Virus record (IMG/VR): IMGVR_UViG_3300025459_000003 | Span: 1 to 64,000 of that record | DNA: 64,000 bases | Strand: one strand, 5' to 3' | Origin: a virus | Program-made: the position numbers and the translations under genes | The notes under the pieces: generated by a model | The model's database searches: none | The model's input: the letters and a program-made list of their open reading frames with translations, nothing else | Told to the model about the DNA's origin: nothing | Shown here: in pieces, positions 53,887-62,412 of the stretch | Position numbering within the stretch: the stretch's first letter is position 1 | Layout of the letters: every line of letters starts with the position of its first letter

Positions 53887-54852
53887 CTATCCTTTCGCCC
53901 TGGCCATCGCCGTCACCCATGCGTAGGTCTTCCCGAGGCCGTCGATCAGGGGGGCCGAGGGGGCCCACCCCAGCTTCTGGTGGATCAGGCGGTTGTCGGA
54001 GTTGCGTCCCCTGACCCCGAGCGGGCCGGGGACGTGGCGGATGCCCAGGTCCTTGCCAGCGACCTTCATGACCATGCGGGCGAGCTCGTCTATCGTGACC
54101 ATCTCGTCCGAGCCGATGTTCAGGGGCCCCGGAAGGCCCGACCGCACCAGCCGCCTGATGCCCTCCACGCACTCGTCGATGTAGAGGAAGGACCGGGTCT
54201 GCCTCCCGTCGCCGAAGATTTCTATCTCGCCCCCCTCGGGGGCCTGCGCCACCTTGCGGCACAGGGCGGCCGGCGCTTTCTCCCTTCCCCCCTCCCACGT
54301 GCCCTCCGGGCCGAAGATGTTGTGGAACCTGGCCACGTGGATGGGGACGTAGTAGTTCCTGTGGTAGGCCGCATAGAGCCTCTCGCTGAACAGCTTCTCC
54401 CACCCGTACTCGCTGTCCGGCGCTGCCGGGTAGGCGGAGTCCTCGGCGCAGTTGGGGTTGTCCGGGTCGACCTGGTTGTGGGCCGGGTAGATGCAGGCCG
54501 AGCTGGAGTAGAAGTACCTCCCGACGCAGTGCTTCTGGCCGACCTCCAGCATGTTCAGGTTGATGGTCGCGGAGTTGTGCATGATGGCGGCGTCGTTGTC
54601 CCCGCTGAACACGTACTGCGCCCCTCCCATGTCGGCGGCAAGCTGGTAAACCTCGTCGAACCCGCCGTTGAGCGCCGCCCAGCAGGACGACGTGTCCCTG
54701 AGGTCCCGCAGCAGGAACTCGTCCGCCGCCGACGGGCAAAACTCGTGCTCCTTGATGTCCACCCCGCGGACCCAGTACCCCTCCAGCTTGAGCCTCTTCA
54801 CCAGGTGGCCCCCGATGAAGCCCCCTGCCCCGCATACCAGCGCTTTCTTCAT
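53887..54852 (-). CDS. GDP-mannose 3,5-epimerase-like SDR
   Basis: GAGGFIG, LAADMGG, SSSACIYP, YGWEKLFSE, RFHNIFGP, GGREKAPAALCRK, GVRGRNSDN: GME-family signature. Confidence 0.85.
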   Translation of the reverse strand: MKKALVCGAGGFIGGHLVKRLKLEGYWVRGVDIKEHEFCPSAADEFLLRDLRDTSSCWAALNGGFDEVYQLAADMGGAQYVFSGDNDAAIMHNSATINLNMLEVGQKHCVGRYFYSSSACIYPAHNQVDPDNPNCAEDSAYPAAPDSEYGWEKLFSERLYAAYHRNYYVPIHVARFHNIFGPEGTWEGGREKAPAALCRKVAQAPEGGEIEIFGDGRQTRSFLYIDECVEGIRRLVRSGLPGPLNIGSDEMVTIDELARMVMKVAGKDLGIRHVPGPLGVRGRNSDNRLIHQKLGWAPSAPLIDGLGKTYAWVTAMARAKG

Positions 54853-54871
54853 GTCGTCCCTCCATGCCAAA

Positions 54872-55522
54872 TCATAGCGTCCCCTTCGTGATCCCCTCTA
54901 TCGTCTCCCACGGCACCTCGGCGAACGATGCGTTGGGCACCCTCTTCGGGGCGGCGTTCCCGGGATGGATGGCCGAGACGAGCAGCCCGAGGTCGTGCAT
55001 GTCCAGGCACCGGTGCTCCGGCACCTTGGATAGGAATACCGCATCGGCCCCCTGCCGCATCTCCTCGAACTTGTTGGCCTCCCATAGGGAGCGCCGGAAG
55101 GCGGGGGCCGCCACCCACCTCCTCGGGGTCAGGTTCCTGTAGAGGAACGCCCTCCGCGTCCCGTGGAGGTAGTAGTACAGGCTCCCCGTGCCCGCCAGGT
55201 CCAGGGCTGGATTCTCAAGGACGGAGGCCTGCTTCCCCACCCTGTCGGGGGCGTACCAGTCGTCGTCGTCCCATACTATGGCCGCGTCCCCCGCGGCGTG
55301 CCCCATGGCCAGGTTCATCAGCCTTCCGTGGAGCAGCCGGGGGCCCGGCACCCTCACGTACTTTATCCTCGGGTCCTCGGGGAGCATGTCCTTTATGGGG
55401 TCGGCCCCGTTGTCCACCACTATCCATTCCATGCGGGGCCAGCCCTGGGACTGGAAGCACCGGATGCACCGGGGCCAGAACTCCCTCCGGTCGGCGGTCG
55501 GCGTCAGGCAGGAGACAAGCAT
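54872..55522 (-). CDS. GT2-family glycosyltransferase
   Basis: VSCLTPT, EWIVVDNG, WDDDDWY.PDR. Confidence 0.8.
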   Translation of the reverse strand: MLVSCLTPTADRREFWPRCIRCFQSQGWPRMEWIVVDNGADPIKDMLPEDPRIKYVRVPGPRLLHGRLMNLAMGHAAGDAAIVWDDDDWYAPDRVGKQASVLENPALDLAGTGSLYYYLHGTRRAFLYRNLTPRRWVAAPAFRRSLWEANKFEEMRQGADAVFLSKVPEHRCLDMHDLGLLVSAIHPGNAAPKRVPNASFAEVPWETIEGITKGTL

Positions 55523-56277
55523 GCAAGACCTCCTTCTTTTTGTCGTCGCTCGCGACGTTCTATCTCAAAGTTCCTTAGATAGTTGATGGCCTGAAGTATG
55601 AGCACCTGGTTGTCCCGGAAGTTTATGAGCCCCCATTTGCACTTTGGACAAAGCAAGCCCCTAATTCCCCTCGTCACCCGATCACGGTCAATATGACGAC
55701 CTTGGTCACTCTCGGATGAGAGGGTATCGCGACAGATGGCACAGCAACCTCCTTGCTTTTGCTCAAGGGCCAGGAGTCCCGCATCGTCGATTCCCCTTTG
55801 GTACCGACGCATGTACCGACGCATATGTGGGGCGTTTTGCTCTTTTAGACACTTATGGCATCTGCCTCTTTTGCCGCTTAGGGTGTACTTGCATTTTCCA
55901 AAATCATCAAGGGGAAGCCACTTTTCGCATGCCGGGCAATATTTTTGACCGTCTTTAATGAGCTGTCGCCCTGTCCCGTTCATTCCGCTTGCATTTATAT
56001 ATTCAAACCCGCCCTTTCCACCTTCGTGGATGTTGTAGCAATGTGGGTCCTGACGTGCTTCTTTGAGGAGGTCTATCTCCTTTGCGTAGGCATCTGTCGA
56101 GGCTGAAAACTGAAAGAGGACCCTCTTAACAAACGCTGCCTTTCCGTACTTTTTGATGGCAGCGTTTATAATCTTTCCGGAGCCTAGATAGCTGTCTTCG
56201 GGGTCGCTTGTTTTATGTACCCCTATGTAATAATGGGAGTTGACGAGGTTGGTCGTTCTGTAGACCGTGAAGGTCAT
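55504..56277 (-). CDS. GIY-YIG (Seg-like) homing endonuclease with a degenerate endonuclease VII domain
   Basis: VYRTTNLVNSHYYIG...YLGSG; C-terminal CAIC...IDRDR...RGLLCPKCK; low GC. Confidence 0.75.
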   Translation of the reverse strand: MTFTVYRTTNLVNSHYYIGVHKTSDPEDSYLGSGKIINAAIKKYGKAAFVKRVLFQFSASTDAYAKEIDLLKEARQDPHCYNIHEGGKGGFEYINASGMNGTGRQLIKDGQKYCPACEKWLPLDDFGKCKYTLSGKRGRCHKCLKEQNAPHMRRYMRRYQRGIDDAGLLALEQKQGGCCAICRDTLSSESDQGRHIDRDRVTRGIRGLLCPKCKWGLINFRDNQVLILQAINYLRNFEIERRERRQKEGGLACLSPA

Positions 56278-56300
56278 GATGGGTTTCCAAAAACTGCTGC

Positions 56301-56354
56301 CTATACTAAAGAAGCAAAAGACAGGATTTCTTGACTTCCTAGTCCTTATTACAG
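56301..56354. promoter_or_regulatory. Divergent pair of late-type promoters
   Basis: Minus strand GTCTTT-tgcttctt-TAGTATAG (56322-56301); plus strand GACTTC-ctagtcct-TATTACAG (56333-56354). Confidence 0.55.
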
Positions 56355-56387
56355 AGACCGCCCAACAGGGGTACAGGAGAGGACGAC

Positions 56388-57155
56388 ATGGCACTATCGA
56401 TCAGGCAAAAAGCCAAGAACTACACGATCTACCCGGAAATCCCGCTGAACGTGATCCTGCCGAACGCGGTGGCGGCGAACAGCTTTCTCGCCGTCCTGGT
56501 GTTCGCCCACAGGACCCCGGATTCGTTCAACGTGCTCTACCTCGACGCAGAAACCATAGCCCCGAACGTTTTCGACGACAAGACCGATACGTTCACCCTC
56601 CAGGACAAGGTCGTCAACCTTTCCCAGGAATCGGGCACCTTCAGTCCCCCACTTAGCCCGCCTATCGTCTCTCCTGACGTCTCGGGATACTTTCCCAGCG
56701 TCTACGTCTTCACCGCCCCCGCCACCGTGGGAGCGCAGAAGGTCACCATCGTGGACCCCGGAAACAGCAACGCCGGGTCCCCGCCCTTCGCGCCCCCGAT
56801 AGAGTACGGGAGGCCGGTGTTCGATGGCGGAATCGAGGCGGTGGTGTACGAGATCGCCAAGCCGACCTCGATATCCGTGGACAAGCATGCCCATGGCACC
56901 TCCAACGAGACCCCCCTGGTGGCGGCCCTCACCCCGACCGGGATCAACGAGTTCCTGCTGGAGGCGGCGATCCTAATGGACAGCACGGCCCTGGTCCCGG
57001 CCTCCACGGCGACCCTGCTCGACTCCGGGTCCTTCCCCGCCGGAAGCTCGTCCTGGGTCGTGCAGGGGACCGTACAGACCGCCGCCGTGGCGGCCTCGGG
57101 ATTCGGGAACCCCGTCAAGTACGTCGGGGGCATCGTGGCGGTGGCTTTGGCGTAG
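56388..57155 (+). CDS. Hypothetical virion protein
   Basis: 255 aa, strong RBS, beta-rich, three SPP motifs, own promoter and terminator. Confidence 0.65.
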   Translation: MALSIRQKAKNYTIYPEIPLNVILPNAVAANSFLAVLVFAHRTPDSFNVLYLDAETIAPNVFDDKTDTFTLQDKVVNLSQESGTFSPPLSPPIVSPDVSGYFPSVYVFTAPATVGAQKVTIVDPGNSNAGSPPFAPPIEYGRPVFDGGIEAVVYEIAKPTSISVDKHAHGTSNETPLVAALTPTGINEFLLEAAILMDSTALVPASTATLLDSGSFPAGSSSWVVQGTVQTAAVAASGFGNPVKYVGGIVAVALA

Positions 57156-57180
57156 GGCCAAGCATTGCGCGAACGTGGGA

Positions 57181-57212
57181 GGGCGGGGCACATGCCCCGC
57201 CCTTTCGTTTTT
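57181..57212 (+). terminator. Intrinsic terminator
   Basis: GGGCGGGGCA-ca-TGCCCCGCCC then TTTCGTTTTT. Confidence 0.75.
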
Positions 57213-57423
57213 CCGTGGCCGCAGTATTGGACACCATGAGATTTTTGGACACACTCCCCCTTAATACCTCAATACCAAGGCATCGAAATTTCTCGATAAA
57301 CATGGAAAATTCCCTCTTGAATCCTTAGGTTCCGGCACTGCGGCAGGCATTATGGCCAGGATTTTTATGGCCAGAGATTCATAAATTGGGCGACCAGATA
57401 GGTCGTCAAGTCGGGTAATTTCC

Positions 57424-58176
57424 TTGGGATTGGGGGTAAATGCTTTGGAATCAACACCTTATATGGATTCGGTCACCTCGGCCAGAGCCATGCTCCTCAA
57501 CGAGGAGGACGCCCTGGAGGGGGCCACGACCATCAGCCTGGAGACGCAGCAGGACCTCCAGGAGGACGACGTATTCACCTACATCCAGGAGAACTTCCCC
57601 AGCTTCCTGAGGATGCTCCGCTACCTGAGCCGGGAGGACGGGGACATGCTCCTGAGCTACTACATCCTGGGGAAGACCCAGACCACGCTCGCCAGCATAT
57701 TCAAGTCCACGCAGACGGTGTGCAGCTTCCGCATACGCATGGCCGTCAGGGTCATCGGGGCCTTCCTGATCTTCGGGGAGCCCACGGAGGCGGCGCTCGC
57801 CGAGGTCCTGGCGAAGGCGAGCCTGGAGGGCTCGCTCAAGGGGGGGCTGTCGAGGGCGGTCGCCGAGTACGCCAGGTGCCGGTCGTTCCAGCAGGTCTCG
57901 GAGACGCTGGGCCTCCACAGGCCGGACGTGCGCCGGGCGATGAGCCGGGCGGCCCGGACGCTCATGGAGTCGAGGGAGAACAAGAAGGCGGCGATAGGGG
58001 CGTGGGTCCATTCGCTGATCGACAAGAGCAATCCCGTGGGGTCCGGGTACAGCAAGCGCAAGCTGATGAAGGAAGGCCACATATTCAGGCAGGATTCCGA
58101 CATCCTGGGGCAGTTCGTCGTCCCGATAGAGAACCCGGACTTCGACCAGGTGTTCGTGAGCAGGGCCAACAGATGA
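57424..58176 (+). CDS. Double-HTH, sigma region-4-like transcription factor
   Basis: LSREDGDMLLSYYILGKTQTTLASIF and SFQQVSETLGLHRPDVRR HTH-like segments; start uncertain. Confidence 0.5.
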   Translation: MGLGVNALESTPYMDSVTSARAMLLNEEDALEGATTISLETQQDLQEDDVFTYIQENFPSFLRMLRYLSREDGDMLLSYYILGKTQTTLASIFKSTQTVCSFRIRMAVRVIGAFLIFGEPTEAALAEVLAKASLEGSLKGGLSRAVAEYARCRSFQQVSETLGLHRPDVRRAMSRAARTLMESRENKKAAIGAWVHSLIDKSNPVGSGYSKRKLMKEGHIFRQDSDILGQFVVPIENPDFDQVFVSRANR

Positions 58177-58634
58177 CGACTCGAAGGCTCGACTTCCTAT
58201 GGAGGGCCGTCAGGGACGGCATCGGCGGGCCCTTCCGGGCGCTGTGGCTGGCGTGCATCGCCGTCGTGGCGGCCGACTTCCTGGACCTGGCGTCGTCCTA
58301 TGCCGCCAGCGCCCTGGTCCCCGTCTGGCGGGAGGGCAACCCGCTCGCGAGCCTCCCCCTGACCCACAAGTTCGTCCTGGGGGCGGGGGTGGCCATGAAG
58401 CTGGAGGGGTACCTGTTCTACGCCCCGTTCATCTGGCTCCTGTACGAGGCGCTGAGGGCCCGGGCGGACCGGCCCCTCGCCGCCCTGCTCGCCTCCCTGC
58501 CACTGTGGTTCGACGCCTGGCGAATCCTCGCCGCCGCCCTGGAGAACGCGGCCTTCATCGTATGGTGGTACGGGTGGCTCAGGCATCGCACCCTCGACCT
58601 GATCATGGAGCTCATGCACCAGCAAGGGTATTAG
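58173..58634 (+). CDS. Multi-pass membrane protein (EGNP motif, DUF5658-like)
   Basis: DFLDLASS...EGNPL and 3-4 TM helices. Confidence 0.6.
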   Translation: MTTRRLDFLWRAVRDGIGGPFRALWLACIAVVAADFLDLASSYAASALVPVWREGNPLASLPLTHKFVLGAGVAMKLEGYLFYAPFIWLLYEALRARADRPLAALLASLPLWFDAWRILAAALENAAFIVWWYGWLRHRTLDLIMELMHQQGY

Positions 58635-58639
58635 CCATT

Positions 58640-58942
58640 ATGGTCGCGAAGGCGAAAAGCCGCAAGTGGTGGGACGCCGTACCCGGAACCGGACGGTGGA
58701 GGAGGCTGTCCCCCGGAAGGCGGGCGCGAATCCTCCGCTGCGAAAAGGCCATGAAAAGGCGCTGGGCGAAGGAGGGCCTGCCCCTCCTGAGGAAGCTCGT
58801 CCTCGGATGCCTGGGCTCCTGGCCGATGGACGGCCCCGATGCCGACGAGGCCAGGCGGGAGTACTGGGCCAAGGCGGAGCAGATTTGCCGGGAGGAGACG
58901 TACAGGGAGTTCCCGGAGGCGAGGGCCGCCGACCGGGCGTAG
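58640..58942 (+). CDS. Hypothetical protein
   Basis: Open frame MVAKAKSRKWW. Confidence 0.45.
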   Translation: MVAKAKSRKWWDAVPGTGRWRRLSPGRRARILRCEKAMKRRWAKEGLPLLRKLVLGCLGSWPMDGPDADEARREYWAKAEQICREETYREFPEARAADRA

Positions 58943-58981
58943 CAGCACGCAGACCACCGGGAGAGTCCGGATGAACGGAGG

Positions 58982-59254
58982 ATGAAAATGAGCGGAAGCC
59001 TGTTCGACTACCTGCAAGAGCACGGGAACGACCTCAGCGACCACGACCTCGCCGTCCTGGCCGACTGGGCCAACGAGAAGAAGAACGGCGTGGACAACCA
59101 CGACTGGAAGAAGCCGTACGCGCTGATCCGGGAGGGGGCGGACCTCCTGCTCCGGCGCAGGGCGAGGAGCGAGGTCAGGCCAATAACGGCCCGGCTTGGT
59201 TTCCAGACAAAGCGACCGGCCCCCGAGGAAAAACGGTCGGCAAGTAAGTATTGA
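58982..59254 (+). CDS. Hypothetical protein
   Basis: GGAGG RBS, 90 aa. Confidence 0.6.
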   Translation: MKMSGSLFDYLQEHGNDLSDHDLAVLADWANEKKNGVDNHDWKKPYALIREGADLLLRRRARSEVRPITARLGFQTKRPAPEEKRSASKY

Positions 59255-59431
59255 AGGACTGGCGGGCGTGCGGCGCGATGCGGCGAGCACGAAGAACGCG
59301 ATGGCCGTCGAGACAGAAAACGGGGCACCGTGCCTGTCCTAGCGGCTTCCGGGCGACGAGCGGGGCATGCCAGCAACCGCGTAGAGAGCGAAGCCACGCC
59401 ACCGGGATTCCGGCCACGCCCGTCCTTTCAC

Positions 59432-61078
59432 ATGCCGAAGTTCGAGATCGTCACCGCCGACATCATCGACTGGGCCGCCTTGTACGACGGCCCGAAGTTC
59501 CACGCCGTGCTCTCGGACCCGCCCTACGGCATTGAATTCATGAACAAAAAATGGGATTCCCCCCAGGAGCTCCTGAAGGATGCCCCCCAGGGCAGGCCAG
59601 CGGCCTGGCCCCCGCCCGGCAACCTCGGGGGGTTCGCGGACGGCAACAAGCCCAGCTTCGCCCGCCAGGGCAAGGTCCAGAGGAAGTACCAGGAATGGTG
59701 CGAGCAGTGGGCGGCGGTCCTCCTGCCCGAGCTCCATCCCGGGGCGGTGTCGCTGTTCTTCGGCGGTACCCGCATGTGGCACCGTCTGGCGGGCGGCATC
59801 GAGGACGCCGGGTTCGAGATGTGGGACACCATCATGTGGCTCTATGGCCAGGGGATGCCCAAGGCGCTGGACGTCTCCAAGCTCATCGACAAGAGGAACA
59901 AGGACGAGCGCGGGGTCGTCGGGTACGACGCGTCCCGGGCACGCCCCAATAGGGTCGACAACACCGGGTACGACGACGCGGGCAAGGTGCCCAGCGACCG
60001 GTCCGACAACGGGGCCACCATCACCGCCCCGGCCTCCGCCGAGTCCGCCCCGTGGTCCGGGCACAAGACGTGCAGCCTCAAGCCCGCATGGGAGCCCGTC
60101 CTGTGCTTCAAGGCCCCGATGGGCGGCAGGACCTACGCCGAGCTGGCGACCGGGTTCGGCAGCGGGGCGCTGAACGTGGACGGGGCGAGGGTCGCCGCGG
60201 ACGACGGAGCGCAGGAGGGAGGCGGCAGGGAGGGCGAGGCGTCGGCGGACAGGCGCTATGCGGAGGAGGGCTCGACGGACTTCGCCGTCAGGCCGGGTCC
60301 CAGGGGCGGCGACGCCAGGGGGAGGTACCCCGCCAACCTCGTCCTGGGATGCACGTGCAAGCACACGGAAATCGTGGACATGCCAGCGACGGGGCACTTC
60401 CCCTCCTCGCGGTTCAAGGAGACCCCGATCTTCGGCGGCGGAAAGGGCATGCCCATCGAAACGGGCCAGGAGGAGCGGTACGTCGGGGGCAAGGCTGCGA
60501 TCCATACGGATCCCTCGTGCCCGTGCTATTTGCTCGACGAACAGGCCGGGGAGCGGGGCGCTTCCGCGCCGGTCCAAGGCAACGAGCCGAGCACCCGGAT
60601 GGGCGAGCATGGCATATACTCGACGGCAAACAAGCGGCTGCCGGGCTCGTTCTTCGGCGATGCGGGAGGCCCCTCCCGCTTCTTCTACCAAGCCAAGGCG
60701 TCCCGCGGCGAGAGGGAGACGGGGCTCCTGGGCTTCGTCCCCTGCCACAAGTGCGGGGATCTCGGCAGCCAGAAGCACGTCGACCCCAAGACCGGGAAGG
60801 ATGCGAAGTGCGTCAGGAACAACCATCCCACCGTCAAGCCCATAGCCCTGGCCAAATACCTGGCCACGCTCCTCCTGCCTCCGCCGAGCGCCAGCCCCAG
60901 GAGAATCCTGGTGCCCTTCTCCGGCAGCGGGAGCGAGGTCATAGGCTGCCTCCTGGCCGGGTGGGACGAGGTGGTGGGGGTGGATGTCGATCCCCACTAT
61001 TCGGAGATCGCCAGGCGGCGGTGCGAGGCGGCGCTCAGGGGCGAGTACGACAAGACCGTCGAGGAGGACGAAGGATGA
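59432..61078 (+). CDS. Beta-class N6A/N4C DNA methyltransferase
   Basis: SDPPYG, LKPAWEP, HPTVKP, LVPFSGSGSE. Confidence 0.85.
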   Translation: MPKFEIVTADIIDWAALYDGPKFHAVLSDPPYGIEFMNKKWDSPQELLKDAPQGRPAAWPPPGNLGGFADGNKPSFARQGKVQRKYQEWCEQWAAVLLPELHPGAVSLFFGGTRMWHRLAGGIEDAGFEMWDTIMWLYGQGMPKALDVSKLIDKRNKDERGVVGYDASRARPNRVDNTGYDDAGKVPSDRSDNGATITAPASAESAPWSGHKTCSLKPAWEPVLCFKAPMGGRTYAELATGFGSGALNVDGARVAADDGAQEGGGREGEASADRRYAEEGSTDFAVRPGPRGGDARGRYPANLVLGCTCKHTEIVDMPATGHFPSSRFKETPIFGGGKGMPIETGQEERYVGGKAAIHTDPSCPCYLLDEQAGERGASAPVQGNEPSTRMGEHGIYSTANKRLPGSFFGDAGGPSRFFYQAKASRGERETGLLGFVPCHKCGDLGSQKHVDPKTGKDAKCVRNNHPTVKPIALAKYLATLLLPPPSASPRRILVPFSGSGSEVIGCLLAGWDEVVGVDVDPHYSEIARRRCEAALRGEYDKTVEEDEG

Positions 61079-61683
61079 GCCAAGCACCCGCATCGGTGGA
61101 CCCGTTCGACATCTCCGGGCGGATGACCCGCCAGCAGCTCGAATGGTGGATACTGTTCGGCATATGCGTGGCGGGGAAGCGGGCCGACCAGACGGAGGCG
61201 AAGCTGGACGCGTTCCTGGCCGACATGCCGGTGCCGAGGGCCAGCGGGAACCAGTCCGTGCCCCTGTTTTCCACCCCGTTCGCTCGGGTCAGGTACCTGA
61301 TGTCCGAGGGCAAGCTGCTCCAGAGGCTCAGGAAGCACCGGCTCGGCAAGTACTCCCTGCTGCGCAGGGCGTTCCCCGCCGCCGTGGGGCTGGACCTGGA
61401 CGCCCTGTGGGTCGAGTCGCTGGAGCAAGTGCCGGGCATCGGCCCCAAGACCGCCAGGATGATCCTGCTCTACTCCAGGCCCGACGCCTCCGTGGTGCCG
61501 CTGGACACCCATGTCCTGAAGTGGCTGCGGTCCCAGGGGTACGACGCCCCCAAGGCCACGCCCACGGGACGGCGGTACCTCGAACTGGAGAAGGCGTTCG
61601 TCGACGAGGCCAGGCGGCGGGAAAAGACCGTGCGCCAGCTCGACACCGAGGTCTGGCAGCAGTATGCCAGGAAGGGGATGTAG
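61075..61683 (+). CDS. HhH-GPD DNA glycosylase/AP lyase
   Basis: LEQVPGIGPKTAR...PLDTHVLKWL; Y..LE..F tail. Confidence 0.8.
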   Translation: MSQAPASVDPFDISGRMTRQQLEWWILFGICVAGKRADQTEAKLDAFLADMPVPRASGNQSVPLFSTPFARVRYLMSEGKLLQRLRKHRLGKYSLLRRAFPAAVGLDLDALWVESLEQVPGIGPKTARMILLYSRPDASVVPLDTHVLKWLRSQGYDAPKATPTGRRYLELEKAFVDEARRREKTVRQLDTEVWQQYARKGM

Positions 61684-61684
61684 C

Positions 61685-61903
61685 ATGGGCCAGACGCCCA
61701 GCAGGAAGGACCACGAGGACGTCCTGGAGGGCCTCCGCTGGAGGGCCGACACGGTCGTCGAGAACTACGAGGGCGAGAGGGTGTGGCTCAGGCCCTGCCT
61801 CGACGGCCTCGGCAGGAGGATCGGCATCACCGACTGCTGCCGCGAGGACGACCCGTGCGGACGGCACGGGCGCATCCGGGCGGGCACGGGAGGGGGAAAA
61901 TGA
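61685..61903 (+). CDS. Small Cys-containing protein
   Basis: GITDCC..DDPC..H. Confidence 0.5.
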   Translation: MGQTPSRKDHEDVLEGLRWRADTVVENYEGERVWLRPCLDGLGRRIGITDCCREDDPCGRHGRIRAGTGGGK

Positions 61904-62382
61904 ACCAGCGCCTCTCGGCCCGGGACCGCATCCCCTTCCGCCCCGCCAGCTCGTCGTCCCTGTTCAGGCATCCCCGCCATGCCCGATGGTCCTGCATAGC
62001 CAAGGTTTCGTACAATTCCGGGGAAAGCGCCCTGGCCGCCATCAGGGCCCTGGAGGAAAGGCCGCTCTTCGGGCTTGAGGCGTACGAATGCCCGTCCTGC
62101 GGGAAGGTCCACGTCGGGCATGGGGATGCCTACAAGGCCGCCATGATGTTCGCAAAGGACTGCGAGGCCCTGGTCGCCAGGTTCGCCGGGGCGAAGGGCG
62201 ACGCGCTCGGTGCGGCCAGGCGGATGGTCGTCAGCGCGTACTTCGACGTGAGGTCCAGGCTCGGAAGGATGAGGGCGGGCGTCTCCGGGGACAGGGCGGA
62301 GAGGCTCGCCCGCAGCCTGGAGCACCTCGAAAGGGTGAAGGTGCAGGCCATGGTGAGGCTCGCCGCCGCCAAGGAGTATTAA
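61900..62382 (+). CDS. Hypothetical Zn-finger protein
   Basis: C..K.SY...AYECPSCGKVHVGH. Confidence 0.6.
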   Translation: MNQRLSARDRIPFRPASSSSLFRHPRHARWSCIAKVSYNSGESALAAIRALEERPLFGLEAYECPSCGKVHVGHGDAYKAAMMFAKDCEALVARFAGAKGDALGAARRMVVSAYFDVRSRLGRMRAGVSGDRAERLARSLEHLERVKVQAMVRLAAAKEY

Positions 62383-62412
62383 GGAATGACAGGCTAGCGA
62401 ACGCTGGTCTGC

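Noticed and set aside
57213-57423. AT-rich region with short repeats (TTGGACAC x2, TTATGGCCAG x2) as a replication origin
   Set aside because: No replication genes nearby in the window; more simply a promoter/operator region for ORF 57424.
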